Source: Candidatus Poribacteria bacterium (GTDB lineage: Bacteria > Abyssobacteria > SURF-5). From it: a stretch of DNA of 64,000 nt. The notes beneath the pieces are model-generated. The model was not told where the DNA came from, searched no databases, and saw only the letters and a program-made list of their open reading frames with translations. Both the position numbers and the translations under genes were made by a program. Where the stretch lies: the NCBI GenBank assembly GCA_016215705.1, contig JACRIR010000053.1:11973-75972 (forward strand), read 5' to 3'. Below, piece by piece: positions 10,190 through 19,941 of the stretch (position 1 is its first letter; every line of letters starts with the position of its first letter).

Positions 10190-11343
10190 GAAAGCAACCC
10201 CTTTCCACGTGCCACTTCCCGGTAAAGTTGCTCGGTTTCAGAGACCATCTTTGCGACACTGAAGCATTGCTCAGCACGCTTCCGGCCGGCTGCCCCCATC
10301 TCTCTTGCGCGATAGGGCCGACCCAGTATCTTGTTGATGGCCTCAGCCAAAGGGCGCGACTGCGCCGGCGGCACAAGCAGTCCCGTGACGCCATGTTCCA
10401 CGATTTCGGGTATCGCGTCCACCATCGTCGAAACGACGGGGAGTCCCGCTGCCATGGCCTCCAATAATACAAGTCCGAAACCTTCGCTAAGTGACGGCAA
10501 GACAAAAAGGTCCAACTGCGGCAATATGGCCGCAACATCCGCCCGATATCCAAGAAAGGTGATTTTCTCGTCGAGATGCAAATCGTGAACCTGGGCCCGG
10601 AGAGCCCCCGCAATCGCGGTGTCTTCGCCCCCGATAACCAGTAGATGCGCCTCCTTGTTCGCTTTCAATACCTCCGGCAAGGCATCAAAAAGATACCTAT
10701 GTCCTTTTGGGGGCATGAGTCGGGCGACTACACCAAGAAGTTTTGTTCCCGGTGGAAGACGAAGCTGATTGCGCAGGTCGTTTGTCCCCGGGTCGGATGA
10801 TTGCTTGACGTCGTATCCGTAGTGGATGACCCTCAGTTTTCCGTTGGAAACGCAACCGTTGCGAACCAGATGTTCTCCTACGGCGCGTGAGATTGCGATT
10901 ATTCTGTCAGCCATAGCAAAACTGATCTTTGCAATGCTGTTTGTGGGAAATCTGGCGAAACGCCGACTTGTGTTATGCACCGACACAATCACCGATGGGA
11001 CCCCGCTCCAACGCGCTGCAGGGATTCCATAAAGCTGAGACCTCAGGAGATGAACGTGGACGATATCGAATCTCCCTGCCTTCATGAGGTTAGCCAACCT
11101 TCCGAAAGCGCGGAGATCGAGCAGGGAGCCTGTTTTCAGACTGACCGAAGGGATTCCTCTATCCTCGAACTGCGAAACGAGCGAATCCGACCAGCCTGCC
11201 GAATCATCGAGATAAGCATAAACCGGCTCGAAGGCGGAACGATCAAGTCTGCCCAGCAAACAAAGCAGATGCGCCTCGGCGCCGCCCATCGAGATGCTGT
11301 TGGTGACGTGGAGAATCTTCAGTTTTCTGCCAGTTTTGGCCAC
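10186..11343 (-). CDS. Glycosyltransferase family 4
   Basis: GGAE, VARL..KGH, EGFGLVLLEA. Confidence 0.93.
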   Translation of the reverse strand: MAKTGRKLKILHVTNSISMGGAEAHLLCLLGRLDRSAFEPVYAYLDDSAGWSDSLVSQFEDRGIPSVSLKTGSLLDLRAFGRLANLMKAGRFDIVHVHLLRSQLYGIPAARWSGVPSVIVSVHNTSRRFARFPTNSIAKISFAMADRIIAISRAVGEHLVRNGCVSNGKLRVIHYGYDVKQSSDPGTNDLRNQLRLPPGTKLLGVVARLMPPKGHRYLFDALPEVLKANKEAHLLVIGGEDTAIAGALRAQVHDLHLDEKITFLGYRADVAAILPQLDLFVLPSLSEGFGLVLLEAMAAGLPVVSTMVDAIPEIVEHGVTGLLVPPAQSRPLAEAINKILGRPYRAREMGAAGRKRAEQCFSVAKMVSETEQLYREVARGKGLLS

Positions 11344-12224
11344 TGTTCCAGTCCTTTGTAGTTGATGAGACGAATGCTTTGTTTGTGAACGACTTCCTTC
11401 AAACGTTCACTCACGAGCGCGGCGCGTTCTTCTTCCCTCTGTCTTGCGCGCTGGATCGAGCCACCGAGGAAACCAGCGAGCCTGTCGTCCGCGCTACCCG
11501 GATGCGTAAGCATCTCACAGATGCCCGGTCTGACGTGGCGCATGAGGGCTTCATAACGGCCAACAACACTCAAGGACGGCGGCATGAAACAGCTCGGGAG
11601 ACTGTAAACACGGTTGATTGTTCTCACGCCGGCGATGCGCAGCGAAGGGCGCCCGCGACGACACAGGGCGCTCGTAAACCTCTTTTTGGCATGTCGCCAC
11701 GTTACGAAACCATGCAGAATGCTCGAGAATCCGTCAAAATTCGGCGGCTCATAGGGGAGTCTTACAGGCATTCGCGTTTCTTCTGCAACCTTGAGAAAGA
11801 CCTTGAATATGGTTGGAATCATCATGGTGTTCTGATGGCTGTCGATGTGTGTGGGTTCGATTCCGGCGTCGAGCGTCTTCTGCAACTGAGCGCGTATCTC
11901 GGTTTCCACGTGGCTTACACGCAGCCCTCCACGCAGCCATTGTTTCAACAGAAGGGACCTTGGAAGAAACTTCCCGTCCGGGCCGACCAGAGAAGAGACG
12001 CTGTCTGTCCGCGCCACCGGAGACCCGAAAGTCAAGTTTATATGCACACCTATTCCGAGAGAGGGGTTCCGTTGCGCGTGGGAGACCGCGTCTTCAAACG
12101 CCCATGCGTTGGTCATGAGCGTAGTGCTTGTGACAATGCCATTTCGGTGGCAATCGATTATGGCGTCGTTAACGCCTTCGGTGAGCCCAAACTCGTCGGC
12201 GTTGACGATCAGATACGTTTCCAT
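11319..12224 (-). CDS. ChbG/YdjC/HpnK-family carbohydrate deacetylase
   Basis: LIVNADEFG, GIVTSTTLM, IGVHINLT, PTHIDSHQ, EMLTHPG. Start set at METYLIV (GAGGA RBS). Confidence 0.9.
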   Translation of the reverse strand: METYLIVNADEFGLTEGVNDAIIDCHRNGIVTSTTLMTNAWAFEDAVSHAQRNPSLGIGVHINLTFGSPVARTDSVSSLVGPDGKFLPRSLLLKQWLRGGLRVSHVETEIRAQLQKTLDAGIEPTHIDSHQNTMMIPTIFKVFLKVAEETRMPVRLPYEPPNFDGFSSILHGFVTWRHAKKRFTSALCRRGRPSLRIAGVRTINRVYSLPSCFMPPSLSVVGRYEALMRHVRPGICEMLTHPGSADDRLAGFLGGSIQRARQREEERAALVSERLKEVVHKQSIRLINYKGLEQWPKLAEN

Positions 12225-12273
12225 TTGAGTTCCTCTCATAGAGAAAATCCCGAGGCACGGAGCCATCCCTCAA

Positions 12274-13365
12274 CTATTTCAGACACTTCTTGAGTGCTGC
12301 GCTGACACGCTCCAACTGGCCGTCACGCATGCCCTGATGTACGGGCGCGTACGCCAGCCGCCGGCCAATCCTGCTTGCAATCGGGTACCTCGCTTCATCG
12401 ACCTCGAGCGGGAGGTCCAACCATAACGGCCTCACAACGATTCCTTCTCGGAGCATCTGCCGTATGAACGACGGCCGGTCTTGTACGAACAAGGGGAATC
12501 CCATCGGACTCACTCCGTCAGAGAGCGCCCGGGGCAGCGGGCAGCCGTTTGCATGGCCGTCGGTCTCGTGGAGCAGAAAACAGTAGTTCTTTCTTCTAAG
12601 CGCCACCGTCGCAGATGAATCGACATGGGACAGGACCCTTGCCGACACACGCGCTGAGCCTCGAAGAACTGGTGTGGCCGCGGCGTCTCTTGTCGCAACG
12701 GCTCGCCGCAGGCCCTCGTTCTTCAGGAGCCAAAGGCGTGGAGAAACACGCAGAAGGTTTTCGGCATATCTTGCGAAGTATCTTGATGTCGAAAGCAATT
12801 CAGACAACAGAGGACGTGAGAGAGTCAACGAGAAAAGGTGATGCGCCTCATTCCACGCGAGTATGCCGCCGCCGGGCGCAGGAAGAACCTTTCGAATGCT
12901 GAAGAATGAAAAAGCGCCGGATGAGCCGAGGCGCTTGCCGTCCACGCGAGAATAAAGAGCGTGGGCGCAATCCTCAATCAATAGCATACCAGTTCGCTTG
13001 CAGAACTCGACCGTCTCTTGCATCGGTTGCGGGAATCCAAGGTAGTGAATGACGACCATGGCTTCGGCCCGTTCTCTATGCTTTTCGAGCCATTCAAGGT
13101 CGGGGCTAAGGTCGTCTCGAAGCTCATAAAACACGGGAATGGCCTTGACCGCCTTCGTTGCCGAGACCAGAGCGCCACAGCATAGCGCCGGCAGCAGAAT
13201 CCGTGTCTGCTCCCGCAGCCTCAGCATGCGGAGACCCAGAGCATACGCATTCCTGCCGCCGGAAGTCAGAATAACGTCCTGCTCCCATGAGAAACCACGC
13301 GCGCTTTCTCTACCCAGCAAATCGGCAGGTCTTGGCGGCGGTTCCGGAGTAATGAGTGATCTCAT
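12274..13365 (-). CDS. DegT/DnrJ/EryC1/StrS-like PLP-dependent protein
   Basis: SGGRNA, VIHYLGFPQ, IEDCAHA (PLP Asp), FSIRK (Schiff-base Lys position), RRKNY, PVHQ. Confidence 0.8.
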   Translation of the reverse strand: MRSLITPEPPPRPADLLGRESARGFSWEQDVILTSGGRNAYALGLRMLRLREQTRILLPALCCGALVSATKAVKAIPVFYELRDDLSPDLEWLEKHRERAEAMVVIHYLGFPQPMQETVEFCKRTGMLLIEDCAHALYSRVDGKRLGSSGAFSFFSIRKVLPAPGGGILAWNEAHHLFSLTLSRPLLSELLSTSRYFARYAENLLRVSPRLWLLKNEGLRRAVATRDAAATPVLRGSARVSARVLSHVDSSATVALRRKNYCFLLHETDGHANGCPLPRALSDGVSPMGFPLFVQDRPSFIRQMLREGIVVRPLWLDLPLEVDEARYPIASRIGRRLAYAPVHQGMRDGQLERVSAALKKCLK

Positions 13366-13410
13366 TCCGACTCCCGGCAAGCTATGCGCAATGATCCACT
13401 GTTTCTTGCC

Positions 13411-14535
13411 TTAAATCCTCGATATTCTGATCCGGCCGGCGACTCTGCGAACAAGCTCCGACTCGCGGGCCGCTTCCCGGGCGGAAAGAAACGCAAGATA
13501 CGATCCCAGAATGAATGGCGCCATTGAACCTCGTTTTGTAAAGATGATCCGTCTTGCCACAACAGATGAAGTCGCCTTGCGTTCTTTGTACTCAAGCCGA
13601 CCCTTGCCGAATTCAATGCGCCCAATCCCCCGCTCGCGGCTGTCCCTCATGATGTCTTCCAGCAAAACAGACCCGGGCGAAAGGCCGGCGAATTGAGGGT
13701 CGAACGCAGGGTTGTAGTAGTAAAGCGTTCCATTGAAACAAAAGCACAACGCATATGCCACGACCCTTTCGTCGAGAGCGAGAACCGCAAGGTAGAGCGA
13801 GTCTCGCTCGAGATAGGCCATCGAAATATCCCGGATGAAAGCCCTGCCGTCAGGAGTATTCATGAGCGACCCGGTGTAGTACCCGTTCCACCGACGCCGG
13901 TGAACTTCGAATATCTGCGGCAAGACCGCCTGAAGCTCGCCTGCGCTGTTGACGACTCTGAATTCCACCCTGGCGCCGCCACCCAGTTTTCTGCGCGCCC
14001 GCTTCAAGTTGTATTTGTGCTTTCGTGACGGCTCACCCGCAAGGGGCCACGACCGCAAATCGAGGCTGAAGAACGGCTCATCCGGAGTCTTGCCTTCGGC
14101 GAAAACAAAAGCGTCCTTGCGCGCCAGAATCGCCTCGAGCAACCCGGAATCCGATCTGACGTCGTCTATATCGCACAAATCCCATTGGCGTCCCTTCACA
14201 AGGATTTCATTGACCATGGTTTCGTAGGCGTCACAAGAGCGGTCCCCGGCAAACGGAAAATCACACGGCGCCGCGTGCGGCGCTCCTGCCAAAACGAGCG
14301 TTCTCATGCCAAGGAAATGTTTGCGCACGGCGAGCGGAAGAACCGCTGCAAGCCGCCCTTCTTTCCATGCAGTTGCGACCATCGGGTCAAACCGATCTCC
14401 GAGATGCCTAAACCATTTCTCCAGCCATACCGGCCCGTTGAAGAGCGTATGAGGGGCGGCGCTTAGGGCAAATTCCTCCCACGGGCGCTCAAGTTCCGCG
14501 ATATCATCGGCTTTGTGAAACGTCTTTATTTCCAA
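13411..14535 (-). CDS. GNAT acyltransferase, CelD/BcsL (Acetyltransf_6)-like
   Basis: W...LFNGPVWLEKW, YYNPAFDP...SPGSVLL, EFGKG..EYK. Confidence 0.85.
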   Translation of the reverse strand: MEIKTFHKADDIAELERPWEEFALSAAPHTLFNGPVWLEKWFRHLGDRFDPMVATAWKEGRLAAVLPLAVRKHFLGMRTLVLAGAPHAAPCDFPFAGDRSCDAYETMVNEILVKGRQWDLCDIDDVRSDSGLLEAILARKDAFVFAEGKTPDEPFFSLDLRSWPLAGEPSRKHKYNLKRARRKLGGGARVEFRVVNSAGELQAVLPQIFEVHRRRWNGYYTGSLMNTPDGRAFIRDISMAYLERDSLYLAVLALDERVVAYALCFCFNGTLYYYNPAFDPQFAGLSPGSVLLEDIMRDSRERGIGRIEFGKGRLEYKERKATSSVVARRIIFTKRGSMAPFILGSYLAFLSAREAARESELVRRVAGRIRISRI

Positions 14536-16025
14536 TTGTCCCGGTTTCCCTTCTGCTTCATCGGCGCGTCAAGAGCGGGCGCTTGCGCTCCGGAACCATT
14601 CACCGGCGCATAAATCAGTGCGGTGTTCAACCAGAAGAACACTTGAAGAAAGTTGTTTCCGTGATAACTGAGCAGAGATATGCTGAGCGATGCAAACATG
14701 TACGCGACAAAAGAAACAAAGAGAGCCGAATATATCCATGCCATGTCTTTACCGCCGGCATCGGACATGGCAAGGGACTTCCTCAGCGTTTGCAGAAGAA
14801 GATAAACAGCCATGGCAAACGCAATCGCCCCATGATCGAGGAGTATCTGCAGGTACTCATTGTGAGTCTTGCCTGCCGGGTTTACCACGCCTCGAGCCCA
14901 GCCTGCAAACATGATTCGCTCGTTTGAGAAAACGGAAGGGTCCGCGAATATTTCCATGCCGTATCCGTTCACTCCAAATCCCCAAAGAGGGTGTCTCACA
15001 AATATCTGCGGGGCCGTCTTCCAGAGAATCAAACGACCGAACGTGCTCGACTCCTCCGCCGCGTATGGAGACTTGAAGTATCCGTGAATACTCTCGAACA
15101 CTTCCTGCACCTTCGGGAAGACAACGGCCGAGTTAAGAAATACGGCGATCAATGCCACGGGAATGACCCACAAGGTTTTGCGATCTCTCCTGAGCCATAG
15201 CATTCCGGCAACGGCGCCACAAAGCGCAAGGTAAAACGTTCGTGTCCCCTGCGGAATGAACGGGAAGAGGATGAACGCCATGAGCGCCAACTTGGCCGGA
15301 CTGCGCTTCTTCTCGTATAGAAGAAACGCTATGGCGGGAATTATCAGCAAGAGAGAATTCGGATTGCTTTTGAGGTCGCCGCGCAAGCTGTATTCATTGG
15401 TCCCAAATACGCTCTGATCCCCGAAGAAGATCACTCCCCGCTGCGCCTCATATATTGCCACTGCGGCAAGGAATGCTGCGCAAATTATCTGCCATCTCAC
15501 AATCTTTTCAATTTGCTCCTTGCTGTCAATGCAGACAACAAGCGCAAACATCACAACCGTGAATTCAAGCAACTGAATGAATGGCTTTGCGGACGCTTCC
15601 ATGAAGAGGCGTCGCGGGAAGTACAGAAATCCCAGAGCTTCCGAGAAAAACACAAGAAGCAGAAGAAGCAGCATGAATTTTGCCTCGCGCGAGAGCGCGA
15701 CGCGCGCGCGTTTCACCACAATGCGAATAAAGGCATGCGCTCCCATAAGCGCGACAAGCACGTCGAACGGCGTGATGTCACCGAGAATGTTGACGGGGCC
15801 GCGCGTAATCAGAGAAGAGGTCATGAGGAGTATCACCAGCAGACAGAAATTGCGGACGGCGAATACGGCGACACCGGCGCCGATAAGCGCAAGGGCGCGC
15901 CAGGGCGAAGTCTCGAACAGGGCAAGCGACAGAAAGTACGCGGCAGCCAGCCCCGCCCCCCAAATAGTCCAAAGCGTGACGTTGATCGGCATCATTCTCG
16001 AAATGCTATGTTCATCCCTCGACAT
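14526..16025 (-). CDS. O-antigen ligase / Wzy polymerase family membrane protein
   Basis: About 12 hydrophobic segments, NPNSL, GTR, STFGRLILW, HPLWGFG, THNEYLQ (Wzy_C). Confidence 0.85.
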   Translation of the reverse strand: MSRDEHSISRMMPINVTLWTIWGAGLAAAYFLSLALFETSPWRALALIGAGVAVFAVRNFCLLVILLMTSSLITRGPVNILGDITPFDVLVALMGAHAFIRIVVKRARVALSREAKFMLLLLLLVFFSEALGFLYFPRRLFMEASAKPFIQLLEFTVVMFALVVCIDSKEQIEKIVRWQIICAAFLAAVAIYEAQRGVIFFGDQSVFGTNEYSLRGDLKSNPNSLLLIIPAIAFLLYEKKRSPAKLALMAFILFPFIPQGTRTFYLALCGAVAGMLWLRRDRKTLWVIPVALIAVFLNSAVVFPKVQEVFESIHGYFKSPYAAEESSTFGRLILWKTAPQIFVRHPLWGFGVNGYGMEIFADPSVFSNERIMFAGWARGVVNPAGKTHNEYLQILLDHGAIAFAMAVYLLLQTLRKSLAMSDAGGKDMAWIYSALFVSFVAYMFASLSISLLSYHGNNFLQVFFWLNTALIYAPVNGSGAQAPALDAPMKQKGNRDNWK

Positions 16026-17400
16026 ATCGATTCCTTGCCAGTCGTGAAACGATGTACTCGGGCACCGAGGCGACAAGCGGCTTGCCCCTGTTTTCCACGA
16101 AGAATTTCAGATAACCCCTCACGAGTGTTTTCCGCACATTGGAGAAACCGGACACGTATATCGGGACGTCTTTGTACGAGCGAACAGTGGGCGAGGCGGA
16201 CCAGTTGAAATCCTGGGAGATGAATCCGTCGCGAACAAGTTTGTCGAGGAGAATGGTGCCGGGATAGAGGACAGGACACTCGCTCCACACAACTTCGTCC
16301 TTCTCAAGACCCATCTTACTGATCATGCGCAGAGTCTTGAAGACATCGACAAAACGCTCGCCCGGATAGCCGAAGAAAAACGAGCACCGCGCCACTATTC
16401 CTTCAGATTTGGTCAAGTCAATGGCCTTGTCGATCGCTTGCCGGTTCACGCGCTTGCCCATGAGCCGCAATACATGGTCGCTTCCCGATTCGACGCCGAA
16501 GGAAATCATCCTGCATCCGGCCGCTTTCATGGCGCGAACCAGTTCCTTGTCGAGAGAATCGGCCCGGCCATAACATCCCCAGTTCAGACCGAGCCGTTTC
16601 TGCATCATTCGCTCGCAGATTTCCATTACTCGTTCCTTGGACAGGGTAAAGTGATCATCGTAGAAGAAAACCCATTTATAGGATGGGTGATCTTCTGCGA
16701 CCATTTGCACTTCGCGCACCACGTGCTCGGCCGAGCGCATACGAGCTTTTCCCCCGGCCATTCGAGTGGCTGAACAGAAGAAGCAGGGATACGGGCAGCC
16801 ACGGCTCGACACGATATGGACAGCCTTCGGCCTGTCCTCGATCGGCAGATAGAGGTCGTATTTATCTTGCTCAAATAGATGGCGAGCGGGCATCGGGAGC
16901 AGATCAAGGTCGGCGATGAACGGGCGGTGCTGTGTCTTGAGAATCCTTCCGTTCCTCCTGAAGACGATGCCCTTTACGTCATCCAGGCTCGAGCCGTTCG
17001 TCATCGAATCACAAATATCCCGAAGCGCGTGCTCACCCTCGTGGAGAACTACGATATCGACCTCACGCACGCTGCACAGCGTCTGCTCTGCTGTGAACGT
17101 TACGTGCGGGCCGCCCATTACTACGGGAATATCTTGAAGACTCTTGATCCACCGGGCAACCTCGAAGGCCGCGAGCCTTTCATGCGAATTGCACGTTACA
17201 CCGACAATGTCGGGCTGGAAATCAAAAAAACGCCTCGCCAGGTCGGCCCTTGCCTCTTCCGGCTTCGACAACATAAGGTCAATAGCCGAAACCTGGTGGT
17301 CTGCATGAAGAAGCTCTCCTCCCAGGTACGCAAGCCCGAGAGGCAAGCCGACCCCTTTGGCGCTGAACCAGGAATGAGGCTTAACAAGTAGAACTCTCAT
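16012..17400 (-). CDS. Cobalamin-binding radical SAM protein #2
   Basis: PLGLAYL, GGPH, HEGE, RGCPYPCFFC, FGVESGS. Confidence 0.92.
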   Translation of the reverse strand: MRVLLVKPHSWFSAKGVGLPLGLAYLGGELLHADHQVSAIDLMLSKPEEARADLARRFFDFQPDIVGVTCNSHERLAAFEVARWIKSLQDIPVVMGGPHVTFTAEQTLCSVREVDIVVLHEGEHALRDICDSMTNGSSLDDVKGIVFRRNGRILKTQHRPFIADLDLLPMPARHLFEQDKYDLYLPIEDRPKAVHIVSSRGCPYPCFFCSATRMAGGKARMRSAEHVVREVQMVAEDHPSYKWVFFYDDHFTLSKERVMEICERMMQKRLGLNWGCYGRADSLDKELVRAMKAAGCRMISFGVESGSDHVLRLMGKRVNRQAIDKAIDLTKSEGIVARCSFFFGYPGERFVDVFKTLRMISKMGLEKDEVVWSECPVLYPGTILLDKLVRDGFISQDFNWSASPTVRSYKDVPIYVSGFSNVRKTLVRGYLKFFVENRGKPLVASVPEYIVSRLARNRYVEG

Positions 17401-18485
17401 TTGTTCCTTTCCTCCACCGTTCTGGCCAGAATCCTCTTTGCCCTCTCCCCTATCATTTTCCGGGAAAAATTCTTCATGACAAACTCATGCCCTTGCCAGG
17501 CGAGACTCCGCCGGAGTTCGGGCGAATCTGCGAGCAGCCTTATGGCGTCGGCAAGAGCCAATGGATCGGCCATTTTGCAGGCACACAGGTGAACGCCGTC
17601 TTCAAACATCTCACGGATCGCCGGCGAGTCCCCCGTTACCACTGGTTTTCGCATCGCAAGCGCGGCGTAGACCTTATTTGGAACCACTCGAGAAGCCTTG
17701 TCTGTCCCGCCAAAAACACCAAGGCAAACATCTGCATCTGACATGGCTTGGGGAATCTCCCTGTACAATACCGAGGGCAGCATGTCTACGTTAGGCAACG
17801 CATATAGCTCGCGCATAGCCTTGATGCGATCAAAGACCTGGCCTGAGCCAATGAGTTTAAACCGGATTCGTTTTTCCGATTTCAGCAGCAACGCCGCCTC
17901 CATAATGCATTCCACCCCGTGAAGCGGCACGTAACTTCCCAGAAATGCGACCACGAACTCCCGGCCGGCGCCGCGCCAGGGAGATGGAGAGAAGACGTCG
18001 TCATCCGCTCCGACCGGCACGACATCGAGACTCTTCAGGGAAACATTGAACTTTTTGTGAAAATACTTCTTATGCTCGTTCGTATCGGCCCAAACGTTGT
18101 CCGCAAGCAGGAAACCGGTTTTGTCCCATGCTTTCTGAATGAAAGCCCCCGTGCCTTTGGACCCTACTCGCTGCCTGTCCTCCACATTTGTGTTGTAAAA
18201 AGAAACAAGCGGGTCGAAAACCAGGGGGCGACGATAGTACGCCGCAAGCGGAGCCGCAAGCGGAATGTTCTTCTGATTGAACTCCGGCGTTATCATAACG
18301 TCCCATCCGTTTCCAATATTCCAGACGGCGCGCAAAAGCCTGCGATAACGGTCGTGAAATCTCAGGCCCTCCCAGAACGGGACGTTGCATTCGAGCACCG
18401 TAACCCCCGCCAAAGCCAGCCCCTCGCGAAGAATCTTGTTTCGCGGATAGTCGGGATCATATGAGCCGAAGAAAAGTACCTTCAT
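17397..18485 (-). CDS. Glycosyltransferase family 4
   Basis: Likely start MKVLFFGSYD at 18485 (ATGA overlap with wzx stop). Motifs FLGSYVPLHG and VVPNKVY. Confidence 0.88.
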   Translation of the reverse strand: MKVLFFGSYDPDYPRNKILREGLALAGVTVLECNVPFWEGLRFHDRYRRLLRAVWNIGNGWDVMITPEFNQKNIPLAAPLAAYYRRPLVFDPLVSFYNTNVEDRQRVGSKGTGAFIQKAWDKTGFLLADNVWADTNEHKKYFHKKFNVSLKSLDVVPVGADDDVFSPSPWRGAGREFVVAFLGSYVPLHGVECIMEAALLLKSEKRIRFKLIGSGQVFDRIKAMRELYALPNVDMLPSVLYREIPQAMSDADVCLGVFGGTDKASRVVPNKVYAALAMRKPVVTGDSPAIREMFEDGVHLCACKMADPLALADAIRLLADSPELRRSLAWQGHEFVMKNFSRKMIGERAKRILARTVEERNK

Positions 18486-19939
18486 GAGGTCTCCACAAGC
18501 ATTCTTCCGAAAACACCGAGATTCGACAATGATGTCGGCTCGAACACCCGGATCAGCAAAAAAAAGAAAACTGTCGAGCTTGCCGCCGCAAACATAGCTC
18601 GTCCATATCCTTCGACGGTGACATATTCTGACAACGACTGTTGGAGCGCAAAGCAAGTAATTCCGAGCGCGCACGGCAACAGGAACCTGGGCAACTCGTC
18701 CCGGATTCTTAGAAGCGAAAACACTCGCCGCATTGTCCATATGAAACCGGGGATGATGCTTACTGTCGCCAGTATGGCGATTGCCCGCGCGCCTCCCATT
18801 TTTGCCGCCGGCACGGCAAGTGGAACAAATATCAATGCGTTGAGTAACATTGGCTCCCGCTGCGCCTGTGGAACCCCGAGCGCATTCAGAATGGGAGCGC
18901 CCACCGAAGCGATCGACCTTTGCAGCCCGAAGAAGGCAAGAATCTGCACAAGCGGCCCCACTTCGCCCCATCGGCTGCCGAGAATCTCACCGGCAACGAG
19001 AGGGAACACGCCCGCAAGCATTAACGTGACCCAAACGCAGAGGATAACGTTCGCCCTGTTGATCGTGAGAAACTTCTCGCGAAGGTCTTCCGGGTTTTCG
19101 CGGACGCGCGAATAGTAGGGAAACGCCACACGCCCCAGCGTCATCTTCACAAACGTCGGAAGAAAATTGCCGACAGAATAGGCCACCGTGTACAAGCCCA
19201 GATCGGCCGGGCTGAGATAACGACCTATGACTGCATTGTCGAGATTCTTCAATATGAACGAGAGAAGCCCCAAAACGACAATGTGTCGCCCGAACGAGTA
19301 GAGCTCTTTTGCGGCCTTGGAGTTGAATTTGCCGGCAGGCCTCCAGCCGGCGGATAGCCACATGACCACGCACCTGACAAAACCGCGAGCGAGTTTCCCC
19401 CAAACAAGACTCCAAACCGTCCATCCCATGTATGCGAGCGACGCCGAAACCAACAAGTAGCAGAGTGAGCTGAGCGCCTCTGCGGCTACCATGTTGCGGT
19501 ACATCAGTTTTCGTTCGAGAAGAGCATTCGGCACTGCGCCCAACGACTGCAAAACCAGGACAAAGGAAAGCGCCCTGATGACGTTGGTCAGTTCAGGGGA
19601 ATTGAAGAAAGAAGCGGCAGCGCGGGAAACCAGGAAGGAGGCGACGTACAGAACAAGTCCGACCGCCGGAATAATACGGAGAGCGGTTTCAGCCGCTTCG
19701 TCATCGATGGTGGATTTGTGCACCAACGCCTGACCGACCCCGAAATCGAGCAAAATCTCAAGACCATTTATGACAAGCAAGGCCATTGCCACAAGGCCGA
19801 AGCTTTCCGGCTCAAGCAGGCGTGTAAGCAGGAACAACGCCAGAACGTCGACGACCTTGGCCAAAGCGCTCGATGACGACGCCCAAAAGACGCTATTCCC
19901 GAAACGAATGCCTGTTTTCTTCGGACCGGTCCCATCCAT
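18482..19939 (-). CDS. wzx: Wzx flippase (polysaccharide transporter, WzxC-like)
   Basis: LTRLLEPESFGL, DFGVGQALV, NLDNAVIGRYL..LGLY, many TMs. Start MDGTGPK at 19939. Confidence 0.92.
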   Translation of the reverse strand: MDGTGPKKTGIRFGNSVFWASSSSALAKVVDVLALFLLTRLLEPESFGLVAMALLVINGLEILLDFGVGQALVHKSTIDDEAAETALRIIPAVGLVLYVASFLVSRAAASFFNSPELTNVIRALSFVLVLQSLGAVPNALLERKLMYRNMVAAEALSSLCYLLVSASLAYMGWTVWSLVWGKLARGFVRCVVMWLSAGWRPAGKFNSKAAKELYSFGRHIVVLGLLSFILKNLDNAVIGRYLSPADLGLYTVAYSVGNFLPTFVKMTLGRVAFPYYSRVRENPEDLREKFLTINRANVILCVWVTLMLAGVFPLVAGEILGSRWGEVGPLVQILAFFGLQRSIASVGAPILNALGVPQAQREPMLLNALIFVPLAVPAAKMGGARAIAILATVSIIPGFIWTMRRVFSLLRIRDELPRFLLPCALGITCFALQQSLSEYVTVEGYGRAMFAAASSTVFFFLLIRVFEPTSLSNLGVFGRMLVETS

Positions 19940-19941
19940 AA

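Noticed and set aside
18558-18565. A8 tract in wzx as a phase-variation site
   Set aside because: It encodes a Phe-rich TM segment (VFFFLL), which explains the run.
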